A stretch of DNA of 64,000 nucleotides from Flavobacteriales bacterium (GCA_047638775.1 JBLIMQ010000002.1:60697-124696), one strand, 5' to 3'; shown: positions 1-10,641, numbered from the stretch's first letter. Notes: generated from the sequence alone by a model not told the origin. A program made the numbers and translations.

Positions 1-781
1 AAAGTGAACCTACGTCACTGTGCCGACAAATATGCCCAAGATCCGCCAATAAACCATCGCTAATATCTATCGCGGATGTAGCAAGCCCACGTAGCGCGAC
101 ACCGAGAGTTAATCGTGGCTCTGGACGATAGAACTGTTGATGAAAGTAGCTGTTTAGCTCATCGCAACTAATGCCGTAACCAGTTCTATAACTATCTCCA
201 TAACTACCTCCATAACTAGCATCAGCTTTATCTTCGCTCTCTACATTAGTGCTGGCACCCCCCACGGAATTAGAGAGGATACTCTTTAACGCTGTCGCGC
301 CGTCACCCAGGTAGCCGCTCACATAAACACGGTCTCCAACTTGAGCACCATCTCGACATAGGCTTTGCCCCATTGGAACACTACCGTGAACTTGGATAGT
401 AATAGAAAGCGGTCCCCGAGTCGTGTCCCCGCCAATTAAGTGAACGTCATAAGTACTTGCCGTTGTGAACAAGCCTTCTGAGAAGCCCTGTAACCAATCG
501 CCGTTCGCTTCTGGCATCGTAAGCGCCAAGGTAAACCAAAGCGGCTGTGCCCCCATGGCGGCCAAGTCACTCAAGGCGCAACGCAGCGCGCGCGAAGCTA
601 TATCACACGCTTTTGCACCTTTTGGAAAGTGCCGGCCTTCAAGTTGAGTGTCTATCGATATCGCCAGCTCATGATCCACTGGCACTCGCACGATGGCACA
701 GTCATCACCGATACCGCGAACGACCGATGCATGTGATATTTCACGTTGAAAGTAACGATGAATTAAATTGAACTCATCCAT
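1..781 (-). CDS. thiL: Thiamine-monophosphate kinase (3' end runs off the window)
   Basis: Not in the ORF track. Manual translation from ATG 781 gives MDEFNLIHRYF...GIGDDCA...IDTQLEGRHF...GGDT...AIDISDGLLADLGH. It follows nusB as in the canonical rib-nusB-thiL operon. Confidence 0.95.
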   Translation of the reverse strand, partial: MDEFNLIHRYFQREISHASVVRGIGDDCAIVRVPVDHELAISIDTQLEGRHFPKGAKACDIASRALRCALSDLAAMGAQPLWFTLALTMPEANGDWLQGFSEGLFTTASTYDVHLIGGDTTRGPLSITIQVHGSVPMGQSLCRDGAQVGDRVYVSGYLGDGATALKSILSNSVGGASTNVESEDKADASYGGSYGDSYRTGYGISCDELNSYFHQQFYRPEPRLTLGVALRGLATSAIDISDGLLADLGHICRHSDVGSL

Positions 782-798
782 TTAGGCGTCGCTGCACT

Positions 799-1251
799 CT
801 ATTTTTTCTTCGCTTTGGCGGCCTTAAACTCAGCTTCACGAACACCTGAAGCGACTTTATCTAGAACACCATTAATAAATTTATGACTGTCAGCCGCACC
901 ATATTTTTTAGCTAGGTTTAGCGCCTCGTTGATAATTACTCGGTAAGGAACATCCATACGTTCTTTAAGCTCATAACACGACAATCGCATAATGGCCAAG
1001 GTTATAGGATCAATCTTTACGAAACTTATATTGACTAAAAACGGTTTAAAAAGCGCGTCAAGGTCACTGACCATTTTCAAACTATTGTGAAAAAGTTCGG
1101 TGAAATACTCAACATCGACCTTAGTCATATCATTCTCTTTATGACAATCGGCATCAATAATATGGACAGGATTTTGCGTTATATGCCACTGGTAAAGCGC
1201 CTGCATGGCGATACGTCGTGCGCGACCGCGCTCTGCTGCATTAATTTTCAT
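799..1251 (-). CDS. nusB: Transcription antitermination factor NusB
   Basis: RARRIAMQALYQW, VPYRVIINEA..LAKKYG, KFINGVLD motifs; operon context. Confidence 0.97.
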   Translation of the reverse strand: MKINAAERGRARRIAMQALYQWHITQNPVHIIDADCHKENDMTKVDVEYFTELFHNSLKMVSDLDALFKPFLVNISFVKIDPITLAIMRLSCYELKERMDVPYRVIINEALNLAKKYGAADSHKFINGVLDKVASGVREAEFKAAKAKKK

Positions 1252-1329
1252 AGATGTATTCTTAATAAGGGATAAAACTCAATAGCGTTAACCCGAGTAA
1301 ACTTAGGTTAACGCAGAAATCGAGGAAAT

Positions 1330-1394
1330 TGTTACTATCAAATTACTGTTACTATCAAATTACTGTTGCTGTCAAAGCACTGCTGCTACCAAAG
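1330..1394. repeat. Degenerate 17-bp tandem repeat (TGTTACTATCAAATTAC) x~4
   Basis: Two exact and two diverged copies in the nusB-ribH intergenic region. Confidence 0.8.
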
Positions 1395-1511
1395 ACCTTA
1401 AGTCCAAGCTCAGCGCCTAAACACTGTAGCTATTGTCTGTAGGCAATAGCTAAGTAACAAGCTACAAACTACTCGCTAGCTTACATAAATATACACACGT
1501 AAAATACGCAT

Positions 1512-1979
1512 TTAAAACTGTTTCAGCAGTGAAACCATTTCGATAACCGTTGTAGCCGCTTCTACGCCTTTATTACCGGCTTTTGTACCCGAACGCTCAA
1601 TCGCTTGCTCGATACTGTCGACAGTCAACACGCCAAAAGAAATAGGCAATGAAGCATTTAAAGAAACTTGAGCCAAGCCTTTGGTACATTCTCCGGCCAC
1701 ATAATCGAAATGCGGAGTTGAACCACGAATAACCGCACCTAAAGCAATAATGGCTACGTATTTTTTTGTTGCTGCAACTTGTTGAGCAGCCAAAGGCAAC
1801 TCAAACGCACCAGGAGCATAAATCACATCGATATCAGTTTCGTTGATACCGTGACGGCGAAGTGTATCGATAGCGCCATCCTTTAAATGCTCAACAACAA
1901 AACTGTTCCAGCGCGTCACTAATATCGCGTATTTCCCAGAAGCGTTTTGAAAATCACCTTCAATAACATTAACGGTCAT
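1512..1979 (-). CDS. ribH: 6,7-dimethyl-8-ribityllumazine synthase
   Basis: [26 protein letters not shown]...QAIERSG.K.GNKG motifs. Confidence 0.97.
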   Translation of the reverse strand: MTVNVIEGDFQNASGKYAILVTRWNSFVVEHLKDGAIDTLRRHGINETDIDVIYAPGAFELPLAAQQVAATKKYVAIIALGAVIRGSTPHFDYVAGECTKGLAQVSLNASLPISFGVLTVDSIEQAIERSGTKAGNKGVEAATTVIEMVSLLKQF

Positions 1980-1995
1980 AATTTTTCCACCTATC

Positions 1996-2041
1996 TATTC
2001 GTTAGCTTATTCGTTAGCTTAATCGTTAGCTTAATCGTTAG
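1996..2041. repeat. 12-bp tandem repeat (TA[T/A]TCGTTAGCT) x~4 overlapping the ribBX stop codon
   Basis: Read directly from the sequence. Confidence 0.85.
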
Positions 2042-3140
2042 AAATGTATTCAACAACTTCTAGGTTAAAACCCGAAATCGCCTTAAATTTAAACTGCGCA
2101 CTTAATAAACGCATTTTTGTTACACCAAGATCGCGCAATATTTGGGAACCGGTACCGACTTGCTTATAAGCAACATCGTGCTTTGCGCGCCGCTGTTTAC
2201 CCGACAACAACCAGTCGATGCTTTCATCGACCTCTTCTGTCGTTTCTGAATGACAAATATAAACTAGTACGCCACGACCTTCATCAGCAATGACTTTTAA
2301 AGCGGCACGAAAATCCCATGAAGTAGGGTCGTTATCCGCAGCTTCGATGGTAAAAACATCTCGCGCGGTATAGCCAACATGAACGCGAACCAAGTTAGGC
2401 TCAGTATCACTAAGCTCACCTTTAATCAAAGCAAAATGGCGTTCGTTTTGCGCTGAATTCAAATACGTTTTAAGAACAAACTCGCCATAAGCTGTTTGCA
2501 CTTTGCGTTCATTTATACATTCAACCGTACGTTCGTTGACAACACGGTATTGAATAAGGTCAGCAATAGAACCAATTTTCAAGCCGTGCTCAGCCGCGAA
2601 AACTTCAAGCTCTGGGCGGCGCGCCATTGACCCATCGTCATTCATAACTTCAACAATAACAGCTGCAGGCTCAACACCAGCTAAACGGGCCAAATCACAA
2701 CCGGCTTCGGTATGCCCGGCACGGCTAAGAACACCACCAGCTTGGGCCATCAACGGGAATATATGACCTGGCTGGACAATGTCACTGGCTTTTGCATCAC
2801 GGCTAACCGCAACTTGAACTGTCTTGGCGCGATCGGCAGCCGAGATACCGGTAGTGACACCTTCTGCCGCCTCGATGGATACCGTAAAGTTTGTCGCGTG
2901 TGCGCTATTGTTTTCGCGAACCATTAACGGTAAGTCTAATTGCGCACATCGTGTTTCTGTAAGCGTTAAGCAAATAAGACCGCGGGCATGCTTAGCCATA
3001 AAGTTGATATCTTCGGCGCGCACAAATTCAGCCGCCATGACTATATCGCCTTCATTCTCGCGATCTTCATCATCTAACAAAATAACCATCTTGCCATTTT
3101 TGAAGTCTTCGATTATTTCTTCAGTACTGTGTAGATTCAT
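2031..3140 (-). CDS. ribB: DHBP synthase fused to a degenerate GTP cyclohydrolase II-like domain (RibBA/RibBX type)
   Basis: N-terminal DDEDRENEGD and RAGHTEA motifs. The C-terminal RVH region lacks the Zn-binding Cys residues of active GCH II. Confidence 0.92.
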   Translation of the reverse strand: MNLHSTEEIIEDFKNGKMVILLDDEDRENEGDIVMAAEFVRAEDINFMAKHARGLICLTLTETRCAQLDLPLMVRENNSAHATNFTVSIEAAEGVTTGISAADRAKTVQVAVSRDAKASDIVQPGHIFPLMAQAGGVLSRAGHTEAGCDLARLAGVEPAAVIVEVMNDDGSMARRPELEVFAAEHGLKIGSIADLIQYRVVNERTVECINERKVQTAYGEFVLKTYLNSAQNERHFALIKGELSDTEPNLVRVHVGYTARDVFTIEAADNDPTSWDFRAALKVIADEGRGVLVYICHSETTEEVDESIDWLLSGKQRRAKHDVAYKQVGTGSQILRDLGVTKMRLLSAQFKFKAISGFNLEVVEYISND

Positions 3141-3172
3141 ATCGTGTCTCGATAGGCCTCTTAAAGTTGTAT

Positions 3173-3380
3173 GCGTGAAACTATATTCAAAAAACAGTAT
3201 TCACAAAATAATATTCGTAAAACTATATTCGTAAAACTATATTCATGAAATTATATTCATGAAATTATATTCATGAAATTATATTCATGAAATTATATTC
3301 ATGAAATTACATTCATGAAATTATATTCATGAAATTACATTCATGAAATTATATTCATGAAATTATATTCGTAAAACTGG
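3173..3380. repeat. 14-bp VNTR (ATTCATGAAATTAT), ~14 copies including degenerate ends
   Basis: Nine near-perfect copies at 3241-3366 plus diverged flanking copies; no spacers. Confidence 0.95.
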
Positions 3381-3403
3381 GAGTATGATTTTGTAAGCCT
3401 GCA

Positions 3404-4060
3404 TTAACGCAAAAAACCGTTTTCAGCTAAAAAGCCTTCACTCAAATTCGATGACGTACTTTCTTCGCTAGCACCGGTTAATAGGCGTTCAAGATAGCGC
3501 GCAATCAAATCGACTTCCAGGTTCACTTGGGTTCCCGCTCCATAGCTATCGATAATTGTACGCTCGATTGTATGCGGCACAATATTTAGCTCAAAGCACT
3601 CTCCGCGAACATCGTTAACCGTCAAGCTGGTCCCATCAATAGTGATGGAACCTTTTTTAGCAATATATTTAGCCAAGTCTTTAGGCGCTCTTAAGGTAAA
3701 GCGTTCCGATCGCGCATCACGCTTTCGTTCAACCACCTCACCAACACCATCAACGTGACCACTAACAATATGGCCGCCCAAGCGACTAGTCGGCATTAGC
3801 GCTTTTTCTAGATTAACGCTCTGTCCAACTTTCCATGCGGCAAGACAAGTAAAGTTGATTGTTTCTCGCGAAACATCTGCAACAAAACCTTGCCCTGGCA
3901 ATTCCACAGCCGTTAAACAAACACCATTAGTCGCAATCGAGTCTCCGAGTTGAACATCACTCCAAACCATGTTCGGCGCAATAACCTCAATACGTAAGTC
4001 ACCGCCTCGTGACTCAAGGCCCTTAATAGTGCCTATGGTTTCAATAATTCCAGTAAACAT
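3404..4060 (-). CDS. ribE: Riboflavin synthase alpha chain
   Basis: MFTGII start, GDSIATNGVCLT, GGHIVSGHVD, VNLEVD. Confidence 0.97.
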   Translation of the reverse strand: MFTGIIETIGTIKGLESRGGDLRIEVIAPNMVWSDVQLGDSIATNGVCLTAVELPGQGFVADVSRETINFTCLAAWKVGQSVNLEKALMPTSRLGGHIVSGHVDGVGEVVERKRDARSERFTLRAPKDLAKYIAKKGSITIDGTSLTVNDVRGECFELNIVPHTIERTIIDSYGAGTQVNLEVDLIARYLERLLTGASEESTSSNLSEGFLAENGFLR

Positions 4061-4083
4061 AACGTTAACTCTAGCTTTTAAGC

Positions 4084-5178
4084 CTAACTGTCAGGGTCGG
4101 GTTCGGCACAAATACGCCAATCACAACCCACCGGCCGAATATCTTTAATAATTAACGGCAACGAACCACTCATAGTTTTGATCGGTAATTCGAACAATGG
4201 GCGAGCGTCGCTACCTAAGAATTTTGGCGCCATATAAATAATAAATTGGTCAACTAATCCTGCCCCAACAAACGCACCGGCAAGTGTTGCACCGGTCTCA
4301 ACCAAGACCTCATTGCAGCCTTCTTGGGCGAGCCGTTCCATTAAAGCGCTGAGTTTAACCCGGTCATTATGTTCCGGTAGAACCCAAAGTTCGGCACCCT
4401 CAGGCACCTCCCACTCGATACAACTCACAATAATGGTACGGCCAGGCTGTGAAAACATTTCAGCCTTGATTGGGCAGCGACCCTTACTATCTAGAATGAC
4501 CCGCAAAGGCTGCCGGTCTTCATCACTTAACCGGACCGTCAAGGCTGGGTCGTCGTGAATAACCGAACTAACGCCAGTAATCACCGCACAACTGCGAGCA
4601 CGTAAGCGCTGAACATCTTCTCGCGCCTTTGGCGATGTTATCCACTTGCTCTCACCACTTTTCATCGCCGTGCGCGCGTCAATACTCATAGCCGATTTAA
4701 TTCGTATAAACGGTATGCCAGTCTGCATACGCTTCAAGAAACCAGGGTTCAATTCGCGGGCAGAATCTTCCATAAAGGGGCCAACAATTTCAATGCCAGC
4801 TTCTTTTAATTTTTGTAGGCCGCGGCCACTGACGTTCGGGTTTGGATCTTCCATCCCGTAGACAAGTTTAGAAACACCAGCCTCTATTAGCGCGTCACAG
4901 CACGGGCCAGTGCGCCCAGTGTGACTACACGGCTCCAATGTAACGTAGGCCGTTGCGCCACTGAGTGATATCGACTGGGCCGCTGCAGTTTGAATTGCGG
5001 CAGCTTCGGCATGCGCTTCGCCAGCACGCTGATGAAAACCCTCAGCAATAACGTCTCCACTTGCAGCAACTAGCACACATCCCACAATCGGGTTCGGTGT
5101 GCAGGTATTGGTACCTTTACGCGCAATACGTAGAGCACGGGACATCATTTGATGATCAAGAGGACTGAATGTAACCAT
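4084..5178 (-). CDS. ribD: Bifunctional riboflavin deaminase/reductase
   Basis: PNP.VG, HAE, TLEPC.H...PC deaminase motifs. Start moved to ATG 5178 (MVTFSPLD). Confidence 0.95.
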   Translation of the reverse strand: MVTFSPLDHQMMSRALRIARKGTNTCTPNPIVGCVLVAASGDVIAEGFHQRAGEAHAEAAAIQTAAAQSISLSGATAYVTLEPCSHTGRTGPCCDALIEAGVSKLVYGMEDPNPNVSGRGLQKLKEAGIEIVGPFMEDSARELNPGFLKRMQTGIPFIRIKSAMSIDARTAMKSGESKWITSPKAREDVQRLRARSCAVITGVSSVIHDDPALTVRLSDEDRQPLRVILDSKGRCPIKAEMFSQPGRTIIVSCIEWEVPEGAELWVLPEHNDRVKLSALMERLAQEGCNEVLVETGATLAGAFVGAGLVDQFIIYMAPKFLGSDARPLFELPIKTMSGSLPLIIKDIRPVGCDWRICAEPDPDS

Positions 5179-5241
5179 AGGGCGTCTATATGTTCTTAAG
5201 GTTTGTTCGGGCAAAGATTAAAGTGGGTGCAAATGTAAAAA

Positions 5242-5775
5242 CTAAGTGCTCGGGTCATTAAGCGTGGTTTTGCCAAGACTAGTTTCGCCAAGACTAGTTT
5301 CGCCAACATCAGTTTCGCCAACATTAGATGACTGTAAGCGGTCGATCTCTTCTTGGAACTCACTAATATCCTGAAAACTTCGATAAACCGAAGCAAAGCG
5401 AACGTAGGCCACTTGGTCTAGGCTGCGCAGTTCATGCATAACCATCTCACCAACCCTCAATGCGGGAACTTCTCGCTCCCCCATCGCCTGGAGTTGATGC
5501 TTAATATTAGCTACGCCACCTTCAATAGACTCAACACTAACCGGCCGCTTCTCTAGCGCTCGCAGCATACCATTACGTAGCTTTACCTCGTCAAAAGGCT
5601 GCCGGCTACCGTCATGTTTTATAACTCGCGGCATTAATAATTCAGCCACCTCAAAGCTAGTGAAACGCTCTTTACAGGTCAAGCATTCTCGGCGACGACG
5701 CACTTGCGCGCCATCTGACACTAAGCGGGAATCTATTACTTTTGTTTCTGAGGCGCTGCAAAATGGACAGTGCAT
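5242..5775 (-). CDS. nrdR: Transcriptional repressor NrdR with a repeat-derived C-terminal tail
   Basis: MHCPFC...VIDSR...RRRRECL Zn ribbon, ATP-cone, [10 protein letters not shown]. Confidence 0.97.
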   Translation of the reverse strand: MHCPFCSASETKVIDSRLVSDGAQVRRRRECLTCKERFTSFEVAELLMPRVIKHDGSRQPFDEVKLRNGMLRALEKRPVSVESIEGGVANIKHQLQAMGEREVPALRVGEMVMHELRSLDQVAYVRFASVYRSFQDISEFQEEIDRLQSSNVGETDVGETSLGETSLGKTTLNDPST

Positions 5776-5888
5776 AGTGTTTGCTTAACCGATTGCGAAA
5801 AATGGCGTGCAGTTTACCATAGCTTTACCATGAGCGTGGCATAGCCTGAGGCCTTGAGGGAAGTTATTCCAAGCCGTATCTGGGTAAA

Positions 5889-6824
5889 TTAGGGCTGTAA
5901 TTGAAGATGCTGCTCGTGAATAGAACCCAACTGAAGCAAACACATTATGAGCCTATCGATTCCAAGCGCGACACCCGCACAATTCGGCAAACCTACCTCC
6001 ATTGCCTGCATGAATAAGGGGTCAATCTGCCGCTCAACTTTACCCTCCGCTCTACGCCTTTGATTATCCGCCTCGAACCGCCCCCGCTGCTCGTTCACAT
6101 CACGTAATTCCCAATAGCCGTTAGCCAATTCCAAACCCTGCCAATAGAGTTCGAATCGTTTCGCGACCAAGACACCTCGATCATCTTGCGCTAGGCGCGC
6201 TAATGCGCACTGGCTTGCCGGGTAGTCGTAAACAAAGACACAGCGCTTGTGCAATGTAGGCTCGACAATATGTGTGAATAGCAAATCCAGCCAGAGATTC
6301 TTATCTTCGTCGGGCCAATGAATATCCAACGCCCTGACAGCAACCCCCCGCAACTGCGAAGCCGTTGCAGCATGCGGGTCGATACCGCAAGCATCAACAA
6401 ACAGATCACGATAGGAACAATACTCAGGATCAATACCCGGGTGTAAAACGGACAACAGCTGCGCAAGCTCTTGCATCAACTGCAGGTCATCAAAGTCCAG
6501 ACGGTACCATTCGAGCATGGTGAACTCTGGCCGATGAATGCGCCCACGCTCATCCCGACGAAACGCCTTACCCAAGGAGTATAGATCGCCACTACCACCG
6601 GCAAGCAAACGCTTTAAAAAGTATTCAGGAGAGGTCTGCAAAAAGTGCTCCTGCCCATCCATATCGACGCTAAGCGCATCCAAGTATGGGTCGGTTACGG
6701 AATACGCACCGACAACAGGCACCTCGACTTCAAGCACCTTGCGCTCATAAAAAAAATTACGAATAGAGCGTAAAATACTCGCACGGCGGTGAATAAGCTC
6801 TGGATCAAGAGAGAAAGAATTCAT
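5889..6824 (-). CDS. epmA: EF-P beta-lysine ligase
   Basis: LQTSPEY, FR..E.G..H.PEFTMLEWY, ELANG, GVALGIDRL; adjacent to efp. Start taken at ATG 6824. Confidence 0.95.
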   Translation of the reverse strand: MNSFSLDPELIHRRASILRSIRNFFYERKVLEVEVPVVGAYSVTDPYLDALSVDMDGQEHFLQTSPEYFLKRLLAGGSGDLYSLGKAFRRDERGRIHRPEFTMLEWYRLDFDDLQLMQELAQLLSVLHPGIDPEYCSYRDLFVDACGIDPHAATASQLRGVAVRALDIHWPDEDKNLWLDLLFTHIVEPTLHKRCVFVYDYPASQCALARLAQDDRGVLVAKRFELYWQGLELANGYWELRDVNEQRGRFEADNQRRRAEGKVERQIDPLFMQAMEVGLPNCAGVALGIDRLIMCLLQLGSIHEQHLQLQP

Positions 6825-6862
6825 ATATATCGAATAGCGAGCAACCAACGAGTAATTGCTTA

Positions 6863-6906
6863 GCTAACCTTTGATAGCTAACCGTTGATAGCTATCAAAG
6901 GTTAGC
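6863..6906. other. Perfect 16-bp inverted repeat (hairpin) between efp and epmA
   Basis: GCTAACCTTTGATAGC-N12-GCTATCAAAGGTTAGC. Confidence 0.8.
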
Positions 6907-7071
6907 CATCAGGTGTTAGTAATGGGCCCTCGGCATTAGATCTAGCGTTTAGATCCAACGGCTAGACCCGGCACTTTGGCTTTACGCAAATAGACAATGC
7001 CGGATGCAAAAACACCCAAACATAGATTTACACGCATTCAAACACGGGTTTATCCGAATTTAAATGAGGGC

Positions 7072-7641
7072 TTACTTGCTTGCGCGACCTAGGTATTCGC
7101 CTGTACGAGTATCAACACGAACAACTTCACCTTGAGAGATAAAAAGAGGGACCTTAATGATGGCCCCTGTTGCCAAGGTTGCCGGCTTAGTGCCGCCTTG
7201 AGCCGTATCGCCTTTCAAACCTGGATCAGTTTCCGTTATTTCTAACTCAACGTGATTCGGCGGAGCTATAGCTATAGGTGCACCGTTAAACAATGTAACA
7301 ACAATCAGGTCTTGCTCACGCAGCCACTTGTAGTTATCAGCAACTGCCCGCTTATCGGCTTGGTGTTGCTCAAAACTATTTGGCTCCATAAAGTGCCAAA
7401 ATTCGCCATCGTTATACAGATACTCCATATCAGTATCGATAACGTCAGCCGCTTCAAGCGACTCCCCGGACTTAAAAGTCCGATCCCATACACGCCCAGT
7501 CATTAGGTTTTTCATCTTAACGCGGTTAAACGCTTGCCCTTTTCCAGGCTTCACCAATTCGTTATCTAGAATGGAGCACGGGTCCCCATCTAATATTATT
7601 TTTAAACCACTACGGAAATCATTGGTAGAATAGCTAGCCAT
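7072..7641 (-). CDS. efp: Elongation factor P
   Basis: KPGKGQAF (modifiable Lys), PG.KGDT, VPLFI. True start is ATG 7641 (MASYSTNDF), not 7728. Confidence 0.97.
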   Translation of the reverse strand: MASYSTNDFRSGLKIILDGDPCSILDNELVKPGKGQAFNRVKMKNLMTGRVWDRTFKSGESLEAADVIDTDMEYLYNDGEFWHFMEPNSFEQHQADKRAVADNYKWLREQDLIVVTLFNGAPIAIAPPNHVELEITETDPGLKGDTAQGGTKPATLATGAIIKVPLFISQGEVVRVDTRTGEYLGRASK

Positions 7642-7683
7642 CTCAGCCTCAATTTGCAGATTACGATATTTTAAAAGGCGCAC

Positions 7684-8691
7684 ATGATACAACGATCCAT
7701 AGAAAGTTTGCAGGTCCTTAGCTGGCAAGAAGAGCTTGCTAGCCTAATTAAAGACCCAGAAACACTATTTAAGCGTCTAAACCTGGATGAATCACGACTA
7801 CCCGAGGCAATTGAGGCGCACAAACTGTTTCCTGTGCGCACAACAGAGTCATTCCTTCGTAGAATAAAGCACGGTGATATCCATGACCCCCTACTTCGAC
7901 AGATATTGCCGCTAGGAGCGGAATTAAATACGCCAGACAACTACAGTAAGGACCCTCTCGCCGAAGAGCTCTACAACCCAAGCCCGGGGATTGTGCATAA
8001 ATACCAAGGACGGGTACTACTGATTGCATCGGGGCAATGTGCCATCAACTGTCGTTACTGCTTCCGACGTGAGTTTGACTATGGTGGCAATAAGCTCGAC
8101 AAAGCGGCTTGGCGCCAAAGTTTAGATTACATTCAAGATAGAAGTGATATCAATGAGGTTATCTTAAGCGGCGGTGACCCATTAAGCCTTTCAGACAAAG
8201 CACTAAAGCAACACATTCATGATATCGAGAAAATACCGCATATTAAGCGCCTTCGGATACATACGCGCATGCCTGTAGTCTTGCCTTCACGCATCAGCCC
8301 GGACCTGCTAAGCGCACTTGAATCAACGCGACTTCATTGCATCGTGGTAATTCACTGCAATCACCCTCAAGAAGTTGACGAGGAGCTGTCGCAAAGCCTA
8401 ATAAAATTAAAGAACAGCTGCAAAGCAGTGCTCAACCAGGCCGTACTATTAGCCGGAGTAAACGACTCAGCCAGTACACTATATAAACTCAGCGAGCGCT
8501 TATTTGAGTGCGGCGTGCTACCCTATTATCTACACACCTTGGACAAAGTAGCAGGCGCAGCGCATTTCGATGTAAGTGACAAAAGAGCTGCAAGCTTAAT
8601 CGATGAGCTTCGCGATCAAGCTCCGGGCTATTTAGTCCCAAAATTGGTTCGAGAGATCGCTGGAAAAAACGCCAAAACGCCTTTATATTAG
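7684..8691 (+). CDS. epmB: EF-P beta-lysylation lysine 2,3-aminomutase (radical SAM)
   Basis: CAINCRYC motif, LSGGDPL, PYYLH..D...G..HF; divergent from efp. Confidence 0.95.
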   Translation: MIQRSIESLQVLSWQEELASLIKDPETLFKRLNLDESRLPEAIEAHKLFPVRTTESFLRRIKHGDIHDPLLRQILPLGAELNTPDNYSKDPLAEELYNPSPGIVHKYQGRVLLIASGQCAINCRYCFRREFDYGGNKLDKAAWRQSLDYIQDRSDINEVILSGGDPLSLSDKALKQHIHDIEKIPHIKRLRIHTRMPVVLPSRISPDLLSALESTRLHCIVVIHCNHPQEVDEELSQSLIKLKNSCKAVLNQAVLLAGVNDSASTLYKLSERLFECGVLPYYLHTLDKVAGAAHFDVSDKRAASLIDELRDQAPGYLVPKLVREIAGKNAKTPLY

Positions 8692-8800
8692 CCCTGTAGG
8701 TTAAACCACACTTGCCTGCCACCAAAAGACACTATAATAAAATTAGAGCGCAAAATTTGCGCACTATTACCACCTGGATTACTTAACGGTTACGGATACT

Positions 8801-10495
8801 GTGCAGGCACTCGAATTCATTCAAAATATTGAGCTCCCAGAGCCAAATTTAAAACGCTTAACGTTCTGCGATAGCGCTAAGCCTCAACGCGTCGAAGAAT
8901 GGGCCAGCAACCTGCGTGCAACCCGTGTATTGACAACAAGCTCCTACCTTTATGAAGCCCTGCCAGAAGTTAGCCGACTCAAGTGCAGCGCTCAAACACG
9001 CGTAGAAATACTTGAAATTCTACGGCCCTACGCTCAGCATTGTATAGAAACACTCAGCAAGTCCTTTTTGAATCAGCCTATCTCGCTCCCAGAAGACGCT
9101 AAAAAAGCCGCGATTGTCGCGCAGTCACTACAAAAAAGCATGATCGACGGCTATATTCAAGCCGTTAAAAGCTGCCTAATTGAAAAACGCCAAAAACAAA
9201 CCTCATCACCTTACTTCGCCCTATCTCTACATAGAGCAATAACCGGATACGGCCTGCTTTTTTATCGTAGCTACCAGATATACAGTCAGGCACCAAAAGG
9301 CTTGTGGCTTGCCCTACACAGTTTATTTAAAATTGCCGACAGCTTCGAACTACTCGACACCCAGCACCGAGACCCTATTCAGCTGCGACCCGTGCAAACG
9401 AGCATCCAAATCGCTTACATGCGCATAATTTTGATGGCAACGTCACGCGTAAATCAACTCAACCAAAAAGATATTGGCGCACTCTATCAAGCCTTTGCTG
9501 AATGGGCATCACCTGTCAATTTTCGGCTCGGCATTAGCGACGTCAACGAAAGCTTTTATTGTGTAAATCTAAATAAAGACTTCGGTGCTCAATATAAGTC
9601 TCGCATTGGCGATAGCGAGCAAGATGACTTAATTATCGAGCTTGATTTCGCACCGCTATTACTACAAATAGGCAAACAAACAAAAGATCACCACGGCGGC
9701 TTTGCAAATGAAAAAAGCATAGGTGTGCCGCGCAATGTATCTAAAGCCGCCCTCGCGCATGTAATTGATACGCTTAGCAATGCAGCTTTACGCAGACAAG
9801 AAAGACGCCCAACACAAAGCACTGCCGAAATATGTATTGGCCTTACCGACGCGCATGCCTACCTAAGTAACGGCATAAGCTTCGACGAGCAAATCGCCGA
9901 GCTCTCACGCGATAGCGCAATCCAAGATACGCTTAGCTCAGGATTTACGCCACGAAGCTCCCACGATAAAGAAGCACCGATAGATCATCACAAATACAGA
10001 ATCTCTGTGCAAAATGTTAGTCAAGGTGGCTACTGCCTACTCTGGGAAGGCGACAGCTCGTTAAAAATCGAGAGTGGTGAGCTTATAGGCTTGAAAGAAT
10101 TCGGGCACAAGTCATGGAGTATTGGCGTAGTTCGCTGGATTCGACAACGGAGAGCCGGTTCTCAGTTGGGAATACTGCTGCTCTCGGATCGCTGCAAATC
10201 AGCCGCAATTGCGCAGATGTATGATATGGGCGGTTATGCAGATTATGTAAGAGCGCTTTATATTCCTCGCTCAAAAATTTACGACGAGCCCGAAACCATT
10301 TTATGCCCCAATATACCTTTTGATGAGCTGGATAAAGTTAAACTTATTCTCGACAAAGAAGTACTCAATGCAAAGTTAGAGAAGCGGCTATTGAACGCAG
10401 GCAGTATTCAGCGCTTATCATTTAGAGCAACGACTGCTGCCAACAACGATGATAACGAGCGGGAGCGTAAGGCTCCGACCCGAGATGAGTGGTAG
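8801..10495 (+). CDS. FimW-like c-di-GMP receptor with PilZ-type motifs (type IV pilus regulation)
   Basis: RxxxR (RRQERR) and NxSxxG (NVSQGG) motifs. Sits directly upstream of a FimX-like gene, matching the Pseudomonas fimW-fimX-serB order. Confidence 0.7.
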   Translation: MQALEFIQNIELPEPNLKRLTFCDSAKPQRVEEWASNLRATRVLTTSSYLYEALPEVSRLKCSAQTRVEILEILRPYAQHCIETLSKSFLNQPISLPEDAKKAAIVAQSLQKSMIDGYIQAVKSCLIEKRQKQTSSPYFALSLHRAITGYGLLFYRSYQIYSQAPKGLWLALHSLFKIADSFELLDTQHRDPIQLRPVQTSIQIAYMRIILMATSRVNQLNQKDIGALYQAFAEWASPVNFRLGISDVNESFYCVNLNKDFGAQYKSRIGDSEQDDLIIELDFAPLLLQIGKQTKDHHGGFANEKSIGVPRNVSKAALAHVIDTLSNAALRRQERRPTQSTAEICIGLTDAHAYLSNGISFDEQIAELSRDSAIQDTLSSGFTPRSSHDKEAPIDHHKYRISVQNVSQGGYCLLWEGDSSLKIESGELIGLKEFGHKSWSIGVVRWIRQRRAGSQLGILLLSDRCKSAAIAQMYDMGGYADYVRALYIPRSKIYDEPETILCPNIPFDELDKVKLILDKEVLNAKLEKRLLNAGSIQRLSFRATTAANNDDNERERKAPTRDEW

Positions 10496-10641
10496 TGAAT
10501 GAGACACCGGCAACACACCGAAAACACAGTTTAGGTTATGATAAGTGAAAATCGATTAACTTATCGCAGGCCCTGCATCTTCGCCTTACCTTCACCTAGG
10601 TTTAGCTGCACAATAATCACACAAGTAAGCGCAACATATCT

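Noticed and set aside
3173-3380. Possible CRISPR array
   Set aside because: Units are contiguous 14-mers with no unique spacers, and there are no cas genes. The same applies to 60876-60987.
7642-7728. N-terminal extension of EF-P in the ORF track
   Set aside because: It overlaps the divergent epmB start. The canonical EF-P start MASYSTNDF with a GAGG RBS is at 7641.
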